This document shows positions 19,143-29,491 of a stretch of 39,536 nt of DNA, piece by piece (the first letter of the stretch is position 1; each line of letters begins with the position of its first letter). This DNA is from Escherichia phage NC-A, in sequence record MK310182; one strand, 5' to 3'. The position numbers and the translations under genes were made by a program. Under the pieces are notes generated by a model. The model did no database searches. It worked only from the letters and a program-made list of their open reading frames with translations, and had not been told where the DNA came from.

Positions 19143-20753
19143 ATGGCTGAGAAGCGTACAGGTCTAGCCGAGGAAGGTGCAAAGTCGGTCTATGAGCGAT
19201 TAAAGAACGACCGTGCTCCTTATGAGACTCGTGCTCAAAACTGCGCTCAGTACACCATTCCGTCCCTCTTCCCTAAGGACTCCGATAACTCATCCACAGA
19301 CTACACAACTCCGTGGCAAGCTGTGGGTGCTCGCGGTCTCAATAACTTGGCCTCTAAGCTCATGTTGGCTCTCTTCCCGATGCAAACGTGGATGAAGCTG
19401 ACCATCTCTGAGTATGAGGCGAAACAGTTACTGAATGACCCCGATGGACTCGCTAAGGTCGATGAGGGTCTCTCAATGGTAGAGCGTATCATCATGAACT
19501 ACATTGAGTCTAACAGCTACAGAGTGACTCTCTTTGAGGCTCTCAAGCAGTTAGTCGTAGCGGGTAACGTCCTGCTGTACCTACCGGAACCAGAAGGGTC
19601 AAACTACAATCCCATGAAGCTGTACCGATTGTCTTCTTATGTGGTCCAACGAGACGCATTCGGCAACGTTCTGCAAATGGTGACACGTGACCAGATAGCT
19701 TTTGGCGCTCTCCCTGAGGACATCCGTAAGGCTGTAGAAGGTCAAGGCGGTGAGAAGAAACCCGATGAGACCATTGATGTGTACACTCACATCTACTTGG
19801 ACGAAGAGTCAGACGAATATCTCCGCTACGAAGAGGTTGAAGGTATGGAGATTCAAGGCTCCGATGGGACTTACCCTAAAGAGGCTTGTCCGTACATCCC
19901 GATTCGAATGGTTCGACTAGATGGTGAATCATACGGTCGTTCGTACATTGAGGAATACTTAGGCGACTTACGGTCCCTTGAGAATCTCCAAGAGGCTATC
20001 GTTAAGATGTCCATGATTAGCTCTAAGGTTATCGGCTTAGTGAATCCTGCTGGTATTACCCAGCCACGCCGACTGACTAAAGCTCAGACTGGTGACTTCG
20101 TTACTGGTCGTCCAGAAGACATCTCGTTCCTGCAATTGGAGAAGCAAGCGGACTTTACTGTGGCTAAGGCCGTAAGTGACGCTATCGAGGCTCGCCTTTC
20201 GTTTGCCTTTATGTTGAACTCTGCGGTTCAGCGCACAGGTGAACGTGTGACCGCCGAAGAGATTCGGTATGTCGCTTCTGAACTTGAAGATACTTTAGGT
20301 GGTGTCTACTCTATCCTTTCTCAAGAATTGCAATTGCCTCTGGTACGAGTGCTCTTGAAGCAACTACAAGCCACGCAACAGATTCCTGAGTTACCTAAGG
20401 AAGCCGTAGAGCCAACCATTAGTACAGGTCTGGAAGCAATTGGTCGAGGACAAGACCTTGATAAGCTGGAGCGTTGCGTAACTGCATGGGCTGCGCTTGC
20501 TCCTATGCGCGATGACCCTGACATCAACCTTGCAATTATTAAGTTGCGCATTGCGAACGCTATCGGTATTGACACTTCTGGTATCCTTCTTACCGAAGAA
20601 CAGAAGCAACAGAAGATGGCTCAACAGGCTATGCAAATGGGTATGGATAATGGCGCTGCTGCGCTTGGTCAAGGTATGGCTGCACAGGCTACGGCTTCTC
20701 CTGAGGCGATGGCTGCTGCTGCTGATTCCGTAGGTCTACAGCCGGGCATTTAA
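19143..20753 (+). CDS. 8: Gene 8 portal (head-tail connector) protein (536 aa)
   Basis: MAEKRTGLAEEGAKSVYERLKNDRAPYETRAQNCAQYTIPSLFPK...; same length as T7 gp8. Confidence 0.98.
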   Translation: MAEKRTGLAEEGAKSVYERLKNDRAPYETRAQNCAQYTIPSLFPKDSDNSSTDYTTPWQAVGARGLNNLASKLMLALFPMQTWMKLTISEYEAKQLLNDPDGLAKVDEGLSMVERIIMNYIESNSYRVTLFEALKQLVVAGNVLLYLPEPEGSNYNPMKLYRLSSYVVQRDAFGNVLQMVTRDQIAFGALPEDIRKAVEGQGGEKKPDETIDVYTHIYLDEESDEYLRYEEVEGMEIQGSDGTYPKEACPYIPIRMVRLDGESYGRSYIEEYLGDLRSLENLQEAIVKMSMISSKVIGLVNPAGITQPRRLTKAQTGDFVTGRPEDISFLQLEKQADFTVAKAVSDAIEARLSFAFMLNSAVQRTGERVTAEEIRYVASELEDTLGGVYSILSQELQLPLVRVLLKQLQATQQIPELPKEAVEPTISTGLEAIGRGQDLDKLERCVTAWAALAPMRDDPDINLAIIKLRIANAIGIDTSGILLTEEQKQQKMAQQAMQMGMDNGAAALGQGMAAQATASPEAMAAAADSVGLQPGI

Positions 20754-20773
20754 TACGACTCACTATAGGGAGA
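20751..20773 (+). promoter_or_regulatory. T7 promoter phi9
   Basis: TAATACGACTCACTATAGGGAGA exact consensus, overlaps gene 8 stop. Confidence 0.95.
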
Positions 20774-20852
20774 CCTCATCTTTGAAATGAGCGATGACAA
20801 GAGGTTGGAGTCCTCGGTCTTCCTGTAGTTCAACTTTAAGGAGACAATAATA

Positions 20853-21773
20853 ATGGCTGAATCTAATGCAGACGTATATGCATCTTTTGGCGTGAACTCC
20901 GCTGTGATGTCTGGTGGTTCCGTTGAGGAACATGAGCAGAATATGCTGGCTCTTGATGTTGCTGCCCGTGATGGCGATGATGCAATCGAGTTAGCGTCCG
21001 ACGAAGCGGAAACAGAACGTGACCTGTATGACAACTCTGACCCGTTCGGTCAAGAGGATGACGAAGGCCGCATTCAGGTTCGTATTGGTGATGGCTCTGA
21101 GCCGACCGATGTGGACACTGAAGAAGGCTTTGAGGGCACCGAAGGTTCCGAAGAGTTTACCCCACTGGGTGAGACTCCAGAAGAACTGGTAGCTGCCTCT
21201 GAGCAACTTGGTGAGCACGAAGAGGGCTTCCAAGAGATGATTAATATTGCTGCCGAGCGTGGCATGAGTGTCGATACCATTGAGGCTATCCAGCGTGAGT
21301 ACGAGGAGAACGAAGAGTTGTCCGCTGAGTCCTACGCTAAGCTGGCTGAAATTGGCTACACGAAGGCTTTCATTGACTCGTACATTCGTGGTCAAGAAGC
21401 TCTGGTGGAGCAGTACGTAAACAGTGTCATTGAGTACGCTGGTGGTCGTGAACGTTTTGACGCGCTGTACAATCACCTTGAGACGCACAACCCTGAGGCT
21501 GCACAGTCGCTGGACAGTGCGTTGACCAATCGTGACTTAGCGACCGTTAAGGCTATCATCAACTTGGCTGGTGAGTCTCGCGCTAAGGCGTTTGGTCGTA
21601 AGCCAACTCGTAGTGTTACTACTCGTGCTATTCCGGCTAAACCTCAGGCTACCAAGCGTGAAGGCTTTGCGGACCGTAGCGAGATGATTAAAGCTATGAG
21701 TGACCCACGGTATCGCACGGATGCCAACTATCGTCGTCAAGTCGAACAGAAAGTAATCGATTCGAACTTCTGA
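20853..21773 (+). CDS. 9: Gene 9 scaffolding protein (306 aa)
   Basis: Highly acidic; MAESNADVYASFGVNSAVMSGGSVEEHEQNMLALD... Confidence 0.95.
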   Translation: MAESNADVYASFGVNSAVMSGGSVEEHEQNMLALDVAARDGDDAIELASDEAETERDLYDNSDPFGQEDDEGRIQVRIGDGSEPTDVDTEEGFEGTEGSEEFTPLGETPEELVAASEQLGEHEEGFQEMINIAAERGMSVDTIEAIQREYEENEELSAESYAKLAEIGYTKAFIDSYIRGQEALVEQYVNSVIEYAGGRERFDALYNHLETHNPEAAQSLDSALTNRDLATVKAIINLAGESRAKAFGRKPTRSVTTRAIPAKPQATKREGFADRSEMIKAMSDPRYRTDANYRRQVEQKVIDSNF

Positions 21774-21786
21774 TAGACTCTGTAAT

Positions 21787-21809
21787 TAATACGACTCACT
21801 ATAGGGAGA
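21787..21809 (+). promoter_or_regulatory. T7 promoter phi10 with gene 10 leader
   Basis: TAATACGACTCACTATAGGGAGACCACAACGGTTTCCCTCTAGAAAT...TTTAACTTTAAGAAGGAGA, the classic gene 10 leader and SD. Confidence 0.95.
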
Positions 21810-21867
21810 CCACAACGGTTTCCCTCTAGAAATCATTCTTGTTTAACTTTAAGAAGGAGACATACAT

Positions 21868-22899
21868 ATGGCTAACATGACTGGTGGACAGCAACTGGGT
21901 ACTAACCAAGGTAAAGGCGCAAGTGGTTCCGATAAACTGGCGTTGTTCTTGAAGGTATTTGGTGGCGAAGTTCTGACTGCATTCGCTCGTACCTCTGTGA
22001 CCACTTCTCGCCACATGGTCCGTTCCATTTCCAGTGGTAAATCTGCTCAGTTCCCTGTACTGGGTCGCACTCAGGCAGCGTATCTGGCTCCGGGTGAGAA
22101 CCTCGACGATAAACGTAAAGACATCAAACACACCGAAAAGGTTATCACCATTGATGGTCTCCTGACGGCTGACGTTCTGATTTACGATATTGAGGACGCA
22201 ATGAACCACTATGACGTTCGCTCTGAGTACACCTCTCAGTTGGGTGAGTCTCTGGCGATGGCTGCTGATGGTGCGGTTCTGGCGGAGATTGCCGGTCTGT
22301 GTAACTTGGCTGGCACATCTGACGAGAACATTGCGGGTCTCGGTACTGCCACTGTAATTGAGACCACTCAGGCCAAGACTGCGCTTACCGACCAAGTTGC
22401 TCTGGGTAAGGAGATTATTGCGGCTCTGACTAAAGCTCGTGCGGCTCTGACCAAGAACTATGTTCCTGCTGCTGACCGCGTGTTCTACTGCGACCCAGAT
22501 AGCTACTCTGCGATTCTGGCTGCACTGATGCCGAACGCGGCAAACTACGCTGCTCTGATTGACCCTGAGAAGGGTTCTATCCGCAACGTTATGGGCTTTG
22601 AGGTTGTAGAAGTTCCGCACCTCACCGCTGGTGGCGCTGGTACTACTCGTGAGGATACTATGGGTCAGAAGCACGCCTTCCCTTCCACTAAGAGTGGTAA
22701 TGACAAGGTTGCTAAGGACAACGTTATCGGCCTGTTCATGCACCGCTCTGCGGTAGGTACTGTTAAACTGCGTGACTTGGCTCTGGAGCGCGCTCGCCGT
22801 GCTAACTTCCAAGCGGACCAGATTATCGCTAAGTACGCAATGGGCCACGGTGGTCTGCGCCCAGAAGCTGCTGGTGCGGTGGTTTTCAAGGGGGAGTAA
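21868..22899 (+). CDS. 10A: Gene 10A major capsid protein (343 aa)
   Basis: MANMTGGQQLGTNQGKGASGSDKLALFLKVFGGEVLTAFARTSV... Confidence 0.99.
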   Translation: MANMTGGQQLGTNQGKGASGSDKLALFLKVFGGEVLTAFARTSVTTSRHMVRSISSGKSAQFPVLGRTQAAYLAPGENLDDKRKDIKHTEKVITIDGLLTADVLIYDIEDAMNHYDVRSEYTSQLGESLAMAADGAVLAEIAGLCNLAGTSDENIAGLGTATVIETTQAKTALTDQVALGKEIIAALTKARAALTKNYVPAADRVFYCDPDSYSAILAALMPNAANYAALIDPEKGSIRNVMGFEVVEVPHLTAGGAGTTREDTMGQKHAFPSTKSGNDKVAKDNVIGLFMHRSAVGTVKLRDLALERARRANFQADQIIAKYAMGHGGLRPEAAGAVVFKGE

Positions 22900-23057
22900 T
22901 GCTAAGGGTGGCCTCAACGGTCGCTGCTAGTTCCGAAGAGGTGAGTGTTACTTCAACAGAAGAAACCTTAACGCCAGCACAGAAGGCTGCACGGACTCGC
23001 GCTGCTAACAAAGCCCGAAAGGAAGCTGAGTTGGCTTATACCGCTGCTGAGCAATAA
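21868..23057 (+). CDS. 10B: Gene 10B minor capsid protein, made by -1 ribosomal frameshift near 22882-22890
   Basis: -1 frame stays open from the GGTTTTCAAGG site to TAA at 23055-23057, encoding ...GFQGGVMLRVASTVAASSEEVSVTSTEETLTPAQKAARTRAANKARKEAELAYTAAEQ, which matches the T7 10B extension. Confidence 0.7.
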
Positions 23058-23105
23058 CTAGCATAACCCCTTGGGGCCTCTAAACGGGTCTTGAGGGGTT
23101 TTTTG
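23057..23105 (+). terminator. Late T7 RNAP terminator Tphi
   Basis: CTAGCATAACCCCTTGGGGCCTCTAAACGGGTCTTGAGGGGTTTTTTG stem-loop with U-run. Confidence 0.95.
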
Positions 23106-23124
23106 CTTCATAAGGAGAAACTAT

Positions 23125-23715
23125 ATGCGCTCATACGATATGAACGTTGAGACTGCCGCTGAGTTAGCCGCTGTTAACGACATTCTGGCATCTATCGGTG
23201 AACCTCCGGTATCGACGCTTGAGGGTGACGCTAACGCGGATGTAGCGAACGCTCGACGTATTCTCAATAAGATTAACCGTCAGATTCAGTCTCGTGGTTG
23301 GACATTCAACATTGAGGAAGGCATAATGCTTCTACCTGATGTGTTCTCCAACCTGATTGTTTATAGCGACGACTATCTATCACTGATGGCTACTTCCGGT
23401 CAATCAGTCTACGTGAACCGAGGTGGCTATGTGTATGACCGAACGAGTCAATCAGACCGCTTTGATTCCGGTATCACTGTGAACATCATTCGTCTCAGAG
23501 ATTACGATGAGATGCCTGAGTGCTTCCGCTACTGGATTGTCATTAAGGCTTCCCGTCAGTTCAACAACCGATTCTTTGGGGCACCGGAAGTTGAGGGTGT
23601 ACTTCAAGAAGAGGAAGACGAGGCTCGACGACTCTGTATGGAGTACGAAGTGGATTACGGTGGGTTCAACATGCTGGATGGTGATGCATTCACTTCTGGT
23701 CTACTGACTCGCTAA
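23125..23715 (+). CDS. 11: Gene 11 tail tubular protein A (196 aa)
   Basis: [35 protein letters not shown]... Confidence 0.97.
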   Translation: MRSYDMNVETAAELAAVNDILASIGEPPVSTLEGDANADVANARRILNKINRQIQSRGWTFNIEEGIMLLPDVFSNLIVYSDDYLSLMATSGQSVYVNRGGYVYDRTSQSDRFDSGITVNIIRLRDYDEMPECFRYWIVIKASRQFNNRFFGAPEVEGVLQEEEDEARRLCMEYEVDYGGFNMLDGDAFTSGLLTR

Positions 23716-23735
23716 TAACCTGTAAGGAGGCTCTA

Positions 23736-26123
23736 ATGGCGCTCATTAGCCAATCAATCAAGAACTTGAAGGGTGGTATCAGCCAACAGCCTGACATCCT
23801 TCGTTATCCAGACCAAGGGGCACGACAAGTTAACGGTTGGTCTTCGGAGACCGAGGGCCTCCAAAAGCGTCCACCTCTGGTTTTCCTTAAGACACTTGGT
23901 GGTAGTGGAGACTTAGGACCGGCTCCATATATCCACCTTATTAACCGTGATGAGAACGAACAGTACTACGCTGTGTTCACAGGTAGCGGCATACGCGTGT
24001 TTGACCTTGCTGGTAACGAGAAGGAGGTGCGATACCCAACAGATGGCGCTGCATATATACAGACAGCAAACCCAAGGAATGACTTGAGGATGGTCACTGT
24101 GGCTGACTATACGTTCATCGTTAACAGAAACGTAAGGGTCACGCGTAATGCCGCTGCGGTAAACCTTGCTGGGTTTAACCCCAAGAAGGACGCTTTAATC
24201 AACGTTCGCGGTGGTCAGTATGGTAGGACCCTACAGATTCAGATAAACGGTGGAACCCAAGCGAGCTATCAGATTCCTGATGGTTCACAGCCAGTACACG
24301 TTAACAATACGGATGCCCAATGGCTCGCTGAGGAACTTGCACGACAACTTCGGGCGAACACTCCTGGATGGACCTTTAACGTTGGACAGGGTTTCATCCA
24401 CATTATCGCTGATGCCGCTGGTGAGATTAACTCCCTAGTAACTAAGGATGGTTATGCTGACCAGTTGATTAATCCTGTTACTCACTACGCTCAGTCATTC
24501 TCTAAGTTGCCGCCTAACGCCCCTGATGGGTACATGGTGAAAATCGTAGGGGATGCGTCCAAGTCCGCTGACCAATACTACGTTCGCTATGACGCTACAC
24601 GCAAGGTCTGGGTTGAAACATTAGGATGGAACGTTAACAATCAGCTTATGTACGAAACGATGCCCCACGCGTTGGTACGCGCTGCTGACGGTAATTTTGA
24701 GTTCAGATGGCTTGAGTGGAATCCTAAAACCTGTGGTGACGACGATACAAACCCGTGGCCTTCCTTCATGGACTCCACAATCAACGATGTGTTCTTCTTC
24801 CGTAACCGCTTGGGGTTCCTAAGTGGAGAGAATATCATCTTGAGTCGAACCGCTAAGTATTTCAACTTCTACCCAGCGTCAATCGCGAACCTGAGCGATG
24901 ATGACCCTATCGACGTAGCCGTTAGTACCAACCGAGTAGCAATCCTCAAGTACGCCGTTCCGTTCTCTGAGGAGTTACTCATTTGGTCCGATGAAGCACA
25001 ATTTGTCCTGACTGCTTCCGGTACTCTCACGTCGAAGTCGGTTGAGTTGAACCTAACGACTCAGTTTGACGTACAAGACCGAGCGAGACCTTATGGCATT
25101 GGGCGTAACGTCTACTTTGCCAGTCCGAGGTCCAGCTACACGTCCATCCACAGGTACTACGCTGTGCAGGATGTAAGTTCCGTTAAGAACGCTGAGGACA
25201 TCACAGCGCACGTCCCCAACTACATCCCTAATGGCGTGTTTAGTATTTGTGGTAGTGGTACAGAAAACTTCTGTTCGGTACTATCTCACGGGGACCCTAG
25301 CAAAATCTTCATGTACAAATTCCTGTACCTGAACGAGGAGCTAAGACAACAGTCGTGGTCTCACTGGGACTTTGGACCAAATGTGCAGGTTCTAGCGTGC
25401 CAAAGTATCAACTCAGACATGTATGTGATTCTGCGCAATGAGTTCAATACGTTCCTAGCTAAAATCGCTTTCACTAAGAACGCCATTGACTTACAAGGCG
25501 AACCATACCGTGCCTTTATGGACATGAAGATTCGCTATACGATTCCTAGTGGAACATACAACGATGACACCTTCACTACCTCGATTCACCTGCCAACAAT
25601 CTATGGTGCAAACTTCGGGAGGGGCAAAATCACTGTACTGGAGCCAGATGGTAAGATAACGGTCTTTGAGCAACCTACAGGTGGGTGGCATAGCGACCCT
25701 TGGCTGAGACTCAACGGTAACTTAGAGGGACGAATGGTGTACATTGGGTTCAACATTGACTTCGTCTATGAGTTCTCTAAGTTTCTCATCAAGCAAACTG
25801 CCGACGATGGGTCTACCTCCACGGAAGACATTGGGCGCTTGCAGTTACGCCGAGCGTGGGTGAACTATGAGAACTCTGGGGCGTTCGACATCTATGTTGA
25901 GAACCAATCGTCCAACTGGAAGTACACAATGGCTGGTGCTCGCTTAGGCTCTAACACTCTGAGGACTGGGCGATTGAACTTAGGGACCGGACAATATCGA
26001 TTCCCTGTGGTGGGTAACGCCAAGTTCAATACAGTGTCTATCTTGTCTGATGAGACTACCCCGCTGAACATCATTGGATGCGGCTGGGAAGGTAACTACT
26101 TACGGAGAAGTTCCGGTATTTAA
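23736..26123 (+). CDS. 12: Gene 12 tail tubular protein B (795 aa)
   Basis: MALISQSIKNLKGGISQQPDILRYPDQGARQVNGWSSETEGLQKRPP... Confidence 0.97.
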   Translation: MALISQSIKNLKGGISQQPDILRYPDQGARQVNGWSSETEGLQKRPPLVFLKTLGGSGDLGPAPYIHLINRDENEQYYAVFTGSGIRVFDLAGNEKEVRYPTDGAAYIQTANPRNDLRMVTVADYTFIVNRNVRVTRNAAAVNLAGFNPKKDALINVRGGQYGRTLQIQINGGTQASYQIPDGSQPVHVNNTDAQWLAEELARQLRANTPGWTFNVGQGFIHIIADAAGEINSLVTKDGYADQLINPVTHYAQSFSKLPPNAPDGYMVKIVGDASKSADQYYVRYDATRKVWVETLGWNVNNQLMYETMPHALVRAADGNFEFRWLEWNPKTCGDDDTNPWPSFMDSTINDVFFFRNRLGFLSGENIILSRTAKYFNFYPASIANLSDDDPIDVAVSTNRVAILKYAVPFSEELLIWSDEAQFVLTASGTLTSKSVELNLTTQFDVQDRARPYGIGRNVYFASPRSSYTSIHRYYAVQDVSSVKNAEDITAHVPNYIPNGVFSICGSGTENFCSVLSHGDPSKIFMYKFLYLNEELRQQSWSHWDFGPNVQVLACQSINSDMYVILRNEFNTFLAKIAFTKNAIDLQGEPYRAFMDMKIRYTIPSGTYNDDTFTTSIHLPTIYGANFGRGKITVLEPDGKITVFEQPTGGWHSDPWLRLNGNLEGRMVYIGFNIDFVYEFSKFLIKQTADDGSTSTEDIGRLQLRRAWVNYENSGAFDIYVENQSSNWKYTMAGARLGSNTLRTGRLNLGTGQYRFPVVGNAKFNTVSILSDETTPLNIIGCGWEGNYLRRSSGI

Positions 26124-26150
26124 TTGAATGTTCTCCCTGTGGTGGCTCGA
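26120..26150 (+). promoter_or_regulatory. RNase III site R13 region (approximate)
   Basis: Inverted repeat TTCTCCCTGTGGTGGCTCG immediately upstream of phi13. Confidence 0.3.
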
Positions 26151-26153
26151 AAT

Positions 26154-26176
26154 TAATACGACTCACTATAGGGAGA
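26154..26176 (+). promoter_or_regulatory. T7 promoter phi13
   Basis: TAATACGACTCACTATAGGGAGA exact consensus. Confidence 0.95.
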
Positions 26177-26203
26177 ACAATACGACTACGGGAGGGTTTT
26201 CTT

Positions 26204-26620
26204 ATGATGATTATAAGACCTACTAAAAGTACAGACTTTGAGGTATTCACTCCGGCTCACCATGACATTCTTGAAGCTAAGGCTGCTGGTATTGAGCCGA
26301 GTTTCCCTGATGCTTCCGAGTGTGTCACGTTGAGCCTCTATGGGTTCCCTCTAGCTATCGGTGGTAACTGTGGGGACCAATGTTGGTTCGTTACGAGTGA
26401 CCAAGTGTGGCGACTTAGTGGAAAAGCTAAGCGAGAGTTCCGTAAGTTAATCATGGAGTATCGCGATAAGATGCTTGAGAAGTATGATACTCTTTGGAAT
26501 TACGTATGGGTAGGCAATACGTCCCACATTCGTTTCCTCAAGACTATCGGTGCGGTGTTCCATGAAGAGTACACACGAGATGGTCAATTTCAATTATTCA
26601 CAATAACGAAAGGAGGATAA
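26204..26620 (+). CDS. 13: Gene 13 internal virion protein A (138 aa)
   Basis: MMIIRPTKSTDFEVFTPAHHDILEAKAAGIEPSF... Confidence 0.95.
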   Translation: MMIIRPTKSTDFEVFTPAHHDILEAKAAGIEPSFPDASECVTLSLYGFPLAIGGNCGDQCWFVTSDQVWRLSGKAKREFRKLIMEYRDKMLEKYDTLWNYVWVGNTSHIRFLKTIGAVFHEEYTRDGQFQLFTITKGG

Positions 26621-26624
26621 CCAT

Positions 26625-27215
26625 ATGTGTTGGGCAGCCGCAATTCCTATCGCTATAGCTGGCGCTCAGGCTATCGGTAGTCAGAACGCTCAAGCTAAAA
26701 TGATTGCCTCACAGACAGCCGCTGGTCGTCGTCAAGCTATGGAACTTATGAGACAGACGAACATCCAGAATGCTGACCTATCGTTGCAAGCTCGAAGTCG
26801 CCTTGAGGAAGCGTCCTCTGAGTTGACCTCTCAGAACATGCAGAAGGTTCAGGCTATGGGGTCAATCCGAGCGGCTATCGGAGAGAGTATGCTTGAAGGT
26901 GCCTCAATGGACCGAATTAAGCGAGTCACGGAAGGCCAGTTCATTCGGGAAGCCAATATGGTAACTGAGAACTATCGCCGCGACTATCAAGCAATCTTCG
27001 CACAGCAACTTGGTGGCACTCAAAGTGCTGCAAGCCAGATTGATGAAATCTATAAGGGCGAACAGAAACAGAAGAGTAAGCTACAGATGGTTCTTGACCC
27101 TCTGGCTATCATGGGGTCTGCCACTGCGAGTGCTTATGCATCCGGCGCGTTCGACTCTAAGTCAACCAATAAGGCACCTATTACTGCTGCTAAAGGAACC
27201 AAGACGGGGAGGTAA
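26625..27215 (+). CDS. 14: Gene 14 internal virion protein B (196 aa)
   Basis: MCWAAAIPIAIAGAQAIGSQNAQAKMIASQTAAGRRQ... Confidence 0.96.
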   Translation: MCWAAAIPIAIAGAQAIGSQNAQAKMIASQTAAGRRQAMELMRQTNIQNADLSLQARSRLEEASSELTSQNMQKVQAMGSIRAAIGESMLEGASMDRIKRVTEGQFIREANMVTENYRRDYQAIFAQQLGGTQSAASQIDEIYKGEQKQKSKLQMVLDPLAIMGSATASAYASGAFDSKSTNKAPITAAKGTKTGR

Positions 27216-27221
27216 TGAGCT

Positions 27222-29465
27222 ATGAGTAAGATTGAATCTGCCCTTCAAGCGGCACAACCGGGACTCTCTCGGTTACGTGGGGGCACTGGTGGTATGGGCT
27301 ATCGTGCAGCAACCACTCAGGCTGAGCAACCAAAGCCCAGCTTATTGGACACCATTGGTCGGTTCGCTAAGGCTGGTGCTGATATGTATGCCGCTAAGGA
27401 GCAACGAGCACGAGACCTAGCCGATGAACGCTCAAACGAGATTATCCGTAAGCTGACTCCTGAGCAACGCCGAGAGGCCCTCAACAACGGAACCCTTCTG
27501 TATCAGGATGACCCATACGCTATGGAAGCACTCCGAGTCAAGACTGGTCGTAACGCTGCGTACCTTGTGGACGATGACATTATGCAGAAGATTAAAGAGG
27601 GTGTCTTCCGTACTCGTGAGGAGATGGAAGAGTATCGCCATAGTCGTCTTCAAGAAGGCGCTAAGGCATACGCTGAGCAGTTCGGGATTAACCCTGATGA
27701 CGTTGATTATCAGCGTGGGTTCAATGGGGACATCACCGAGCGTAACATCTCACTGTATGGGGCACATGATAACTTCTTGAGCCAGCAAGCTCAGAAGGGT
27801 GCCATCATGAACAGCCGAGTGGAACTCAACGGTGTCCTTCAAGACCCTGATATGCTTCGTCGCCCAGACTCTGCGGACTTCTTTGAGAAGTACATCGACA
27901 ACGGTCTGGTTACTGGGGCAATCCCTTCGGACGCTCAAGCAACACAGCTTATAAGCCAAGCGTTCAGTGACGCTTCTAGCCGCGCTGGTGGTGCTGACTT
28001 CCTGATGCGAGTAGGTGACAAGAAGGTAACACTCAACGGTGCCACTACGACTTACCGAGAGTTAATGGGCGAAGAGCAGTGGAATGCTCTCATGGTAACA
28101 GCGCAACGTTCTCAGTTTGAGAATGACGCTAAGCTGAACGAGCAGTACCGCTTGAAGATTAACTCTGCGCTGAACCAAGAGGACCCTCGTACTGCGTGGG
28201 AGATGCTCCAAGGTATCAAGGCTGAACTCGATAAGGTCCAACCTGATGAGCAGATGACACCGCAACGTCAATGGTTAATCTCGGCACAGGAGCAAGTTCA
28301 GAACCAAATGAACGCATGGACGAAAGCTCAAGCCAAGGCTCTGGATGACTCCATGAAGTCTATGAACAAACTTGACGTAATCGACAAGCAGTTCCAGAAG
28401 CGAATCAACGGTGAGTGGGTCTCCACGGACTTTAAGGATATGCCAGTCAACGAGAACACTGGTGAGTTCAAGCATAGCGATATGGTTAACTACGCCAACC
28501 AGAAGCTCGCTGAGATTGACCGTATGGACATCCCAGAGAGTGCCAAGGACATGATGAAGCTGAAATACCTTCAAGCGGACTCTAAGGATGGTGCATTCCG
28601 TTCGGCAATTGGGACTATGGTAACTGATGCGAGTCAAGAGTGGTCTGCCGCTGTGATTAACGGTAAGTTGCCTGAACGAACACCCGCTCTGGATGCTCTG
28701 CGTAGAATCCGCAATGCTGACCCTCAGTTGATTGCTGCGTTATACCCAGACCAAGCTGAGTTATTCCTGACGATGGACATGATGGACAGACAGGGTATTG
28801 ACCCTCAGGTTATTCTTGATGCTGACCGACTGACTGCCAAACGTTCCAAAGAGCAACGCTTCGAGGACGATAAGGCGTTCGAGTCTGCACTGAATAGCTC
28901 TACGGCTCCTGAGATTGCCCGTATGCCAGCGTCACTTCGTGAATCTGCACGTAAGATTTATGACTCCGTTAAGTTCCGCTCAGGTAACGAAAGCATGGCT
29001 ATGGAGCAGATGACCAAGTTCCTTAAGGAATCTACCTACACGTTCACTGGTGACGATGTTGATGGTGATACCGTTGGGGTAGTTCCGAAGAACCTGATGC
29101 AAGTCAACTCTGACCCGAAATCGTGGGAGCAAGGTCGTGATATTCTGGAGGAAGCACGTAAGGGAATCATTGCGAGCAACCCTTGGATAACCAACAAGCA
29201 ACTGACCATGTATTCTCAAGGTGACTCAATTTACCTTATGGATACCACTGGTCAAGTCCGCGTCCGGTATGACAAAGAGTTACTCTCGAAGGTCTGGAGT
29301 GAGAACCAGAAGAAACTCGAAGAGAAGGCCCGTGAGAAGGCTCTGGCTGATGCCAACAAACGAGCGCCTATCGTTGCCGCTACCAAGGCCCGTGAAGCTG
29401 CTTCTAAACGAGTGCGAGATAAACGTAAACAGACTCCGAAGTTCATCTACGGACGCAAGGAGTAA
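27222..29465 (+). CDS. 15: Gene 15 internal virion protein C (747 aa)
   Basis: MSKIESALQAAQPGLSRLRGGTGGMGYRAATTQAEQPKPS...; same length as T7 gp15. Confidence 0.97.
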   Translation: MSKIESALQAAQPGLSRLRGGTGGMGYRAATTQAEQPKPSLLDTIGRFAKAGADMYAAKEQRARDLADERSNEIIRKLTPEQRREALNNGTLLYQDDPYAMEALRVKTGRNAAYLVDDDIMQKIKEGVFRTREEMEEYRHSRLQEGAKAYAEQFGINPDDVDYQRGFNGDITERNISLYGAHDNFLSQQAQKGAIMNSRVELNGVLQDPDMLRRPDSADFFEKYIDNGLVTGAIPSDAQATQLISQAFSDASSRAGGADFLMRVGDKKVTLNGATTTYRELMGEEQWNALMVTAQRSQFENDAKLNEQYRLKINSALNQEDPRTAWEMLQGIKAELDKVQPDEQMTPQRQWLISAQEQVQNQMNAWTKAQAKALDDSMKSMNKLDVIDKQFQKRINGEWVSTDFKDMPVNENTGEFKHSDMVNYANQKLAEIDRMDIPESAKDMMKLKYLQADSKDGAFRSAIGTMVTDASQEWSAAVINGKLPERTPALDALRRIRNADPQLIAALYPDQAELFLTMDMMDRQGIDPQVILDADRLTAKRSKEQRFEDDKAFESALNSSTAPEIARMPASLRESARKIYDSVKFRSGNESMAMEQMTKFLKESTYTFTGDDVDGDTVGVVPKNLMQVNSDPKSWEQGRDILEEARKGIIASNPWITNKQLTMYSQGDSIYLMDTTGQVRVRYDKELLSKVWSENQKKLEEKAREKALADANKRAPIVAATKAREAASKRVRDKRKQTPKFIYGRKE

Positions 29466-29491
29466 CTAAAGGCTACATAAGGAGGCCCTAA

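Noticed and set aside
21826-22917. 363-aa minus-strand ORF antisense to the major capsid gene
   Set aside because: Entirely within gene 10A on the opposite strand, low-complexity translation, no SD; all genes in T7-group phages are on the + strand. Same reasoning for the other minus-strand ORFs (e.g. 8968-9498, 18624-19124, 20991-21488).
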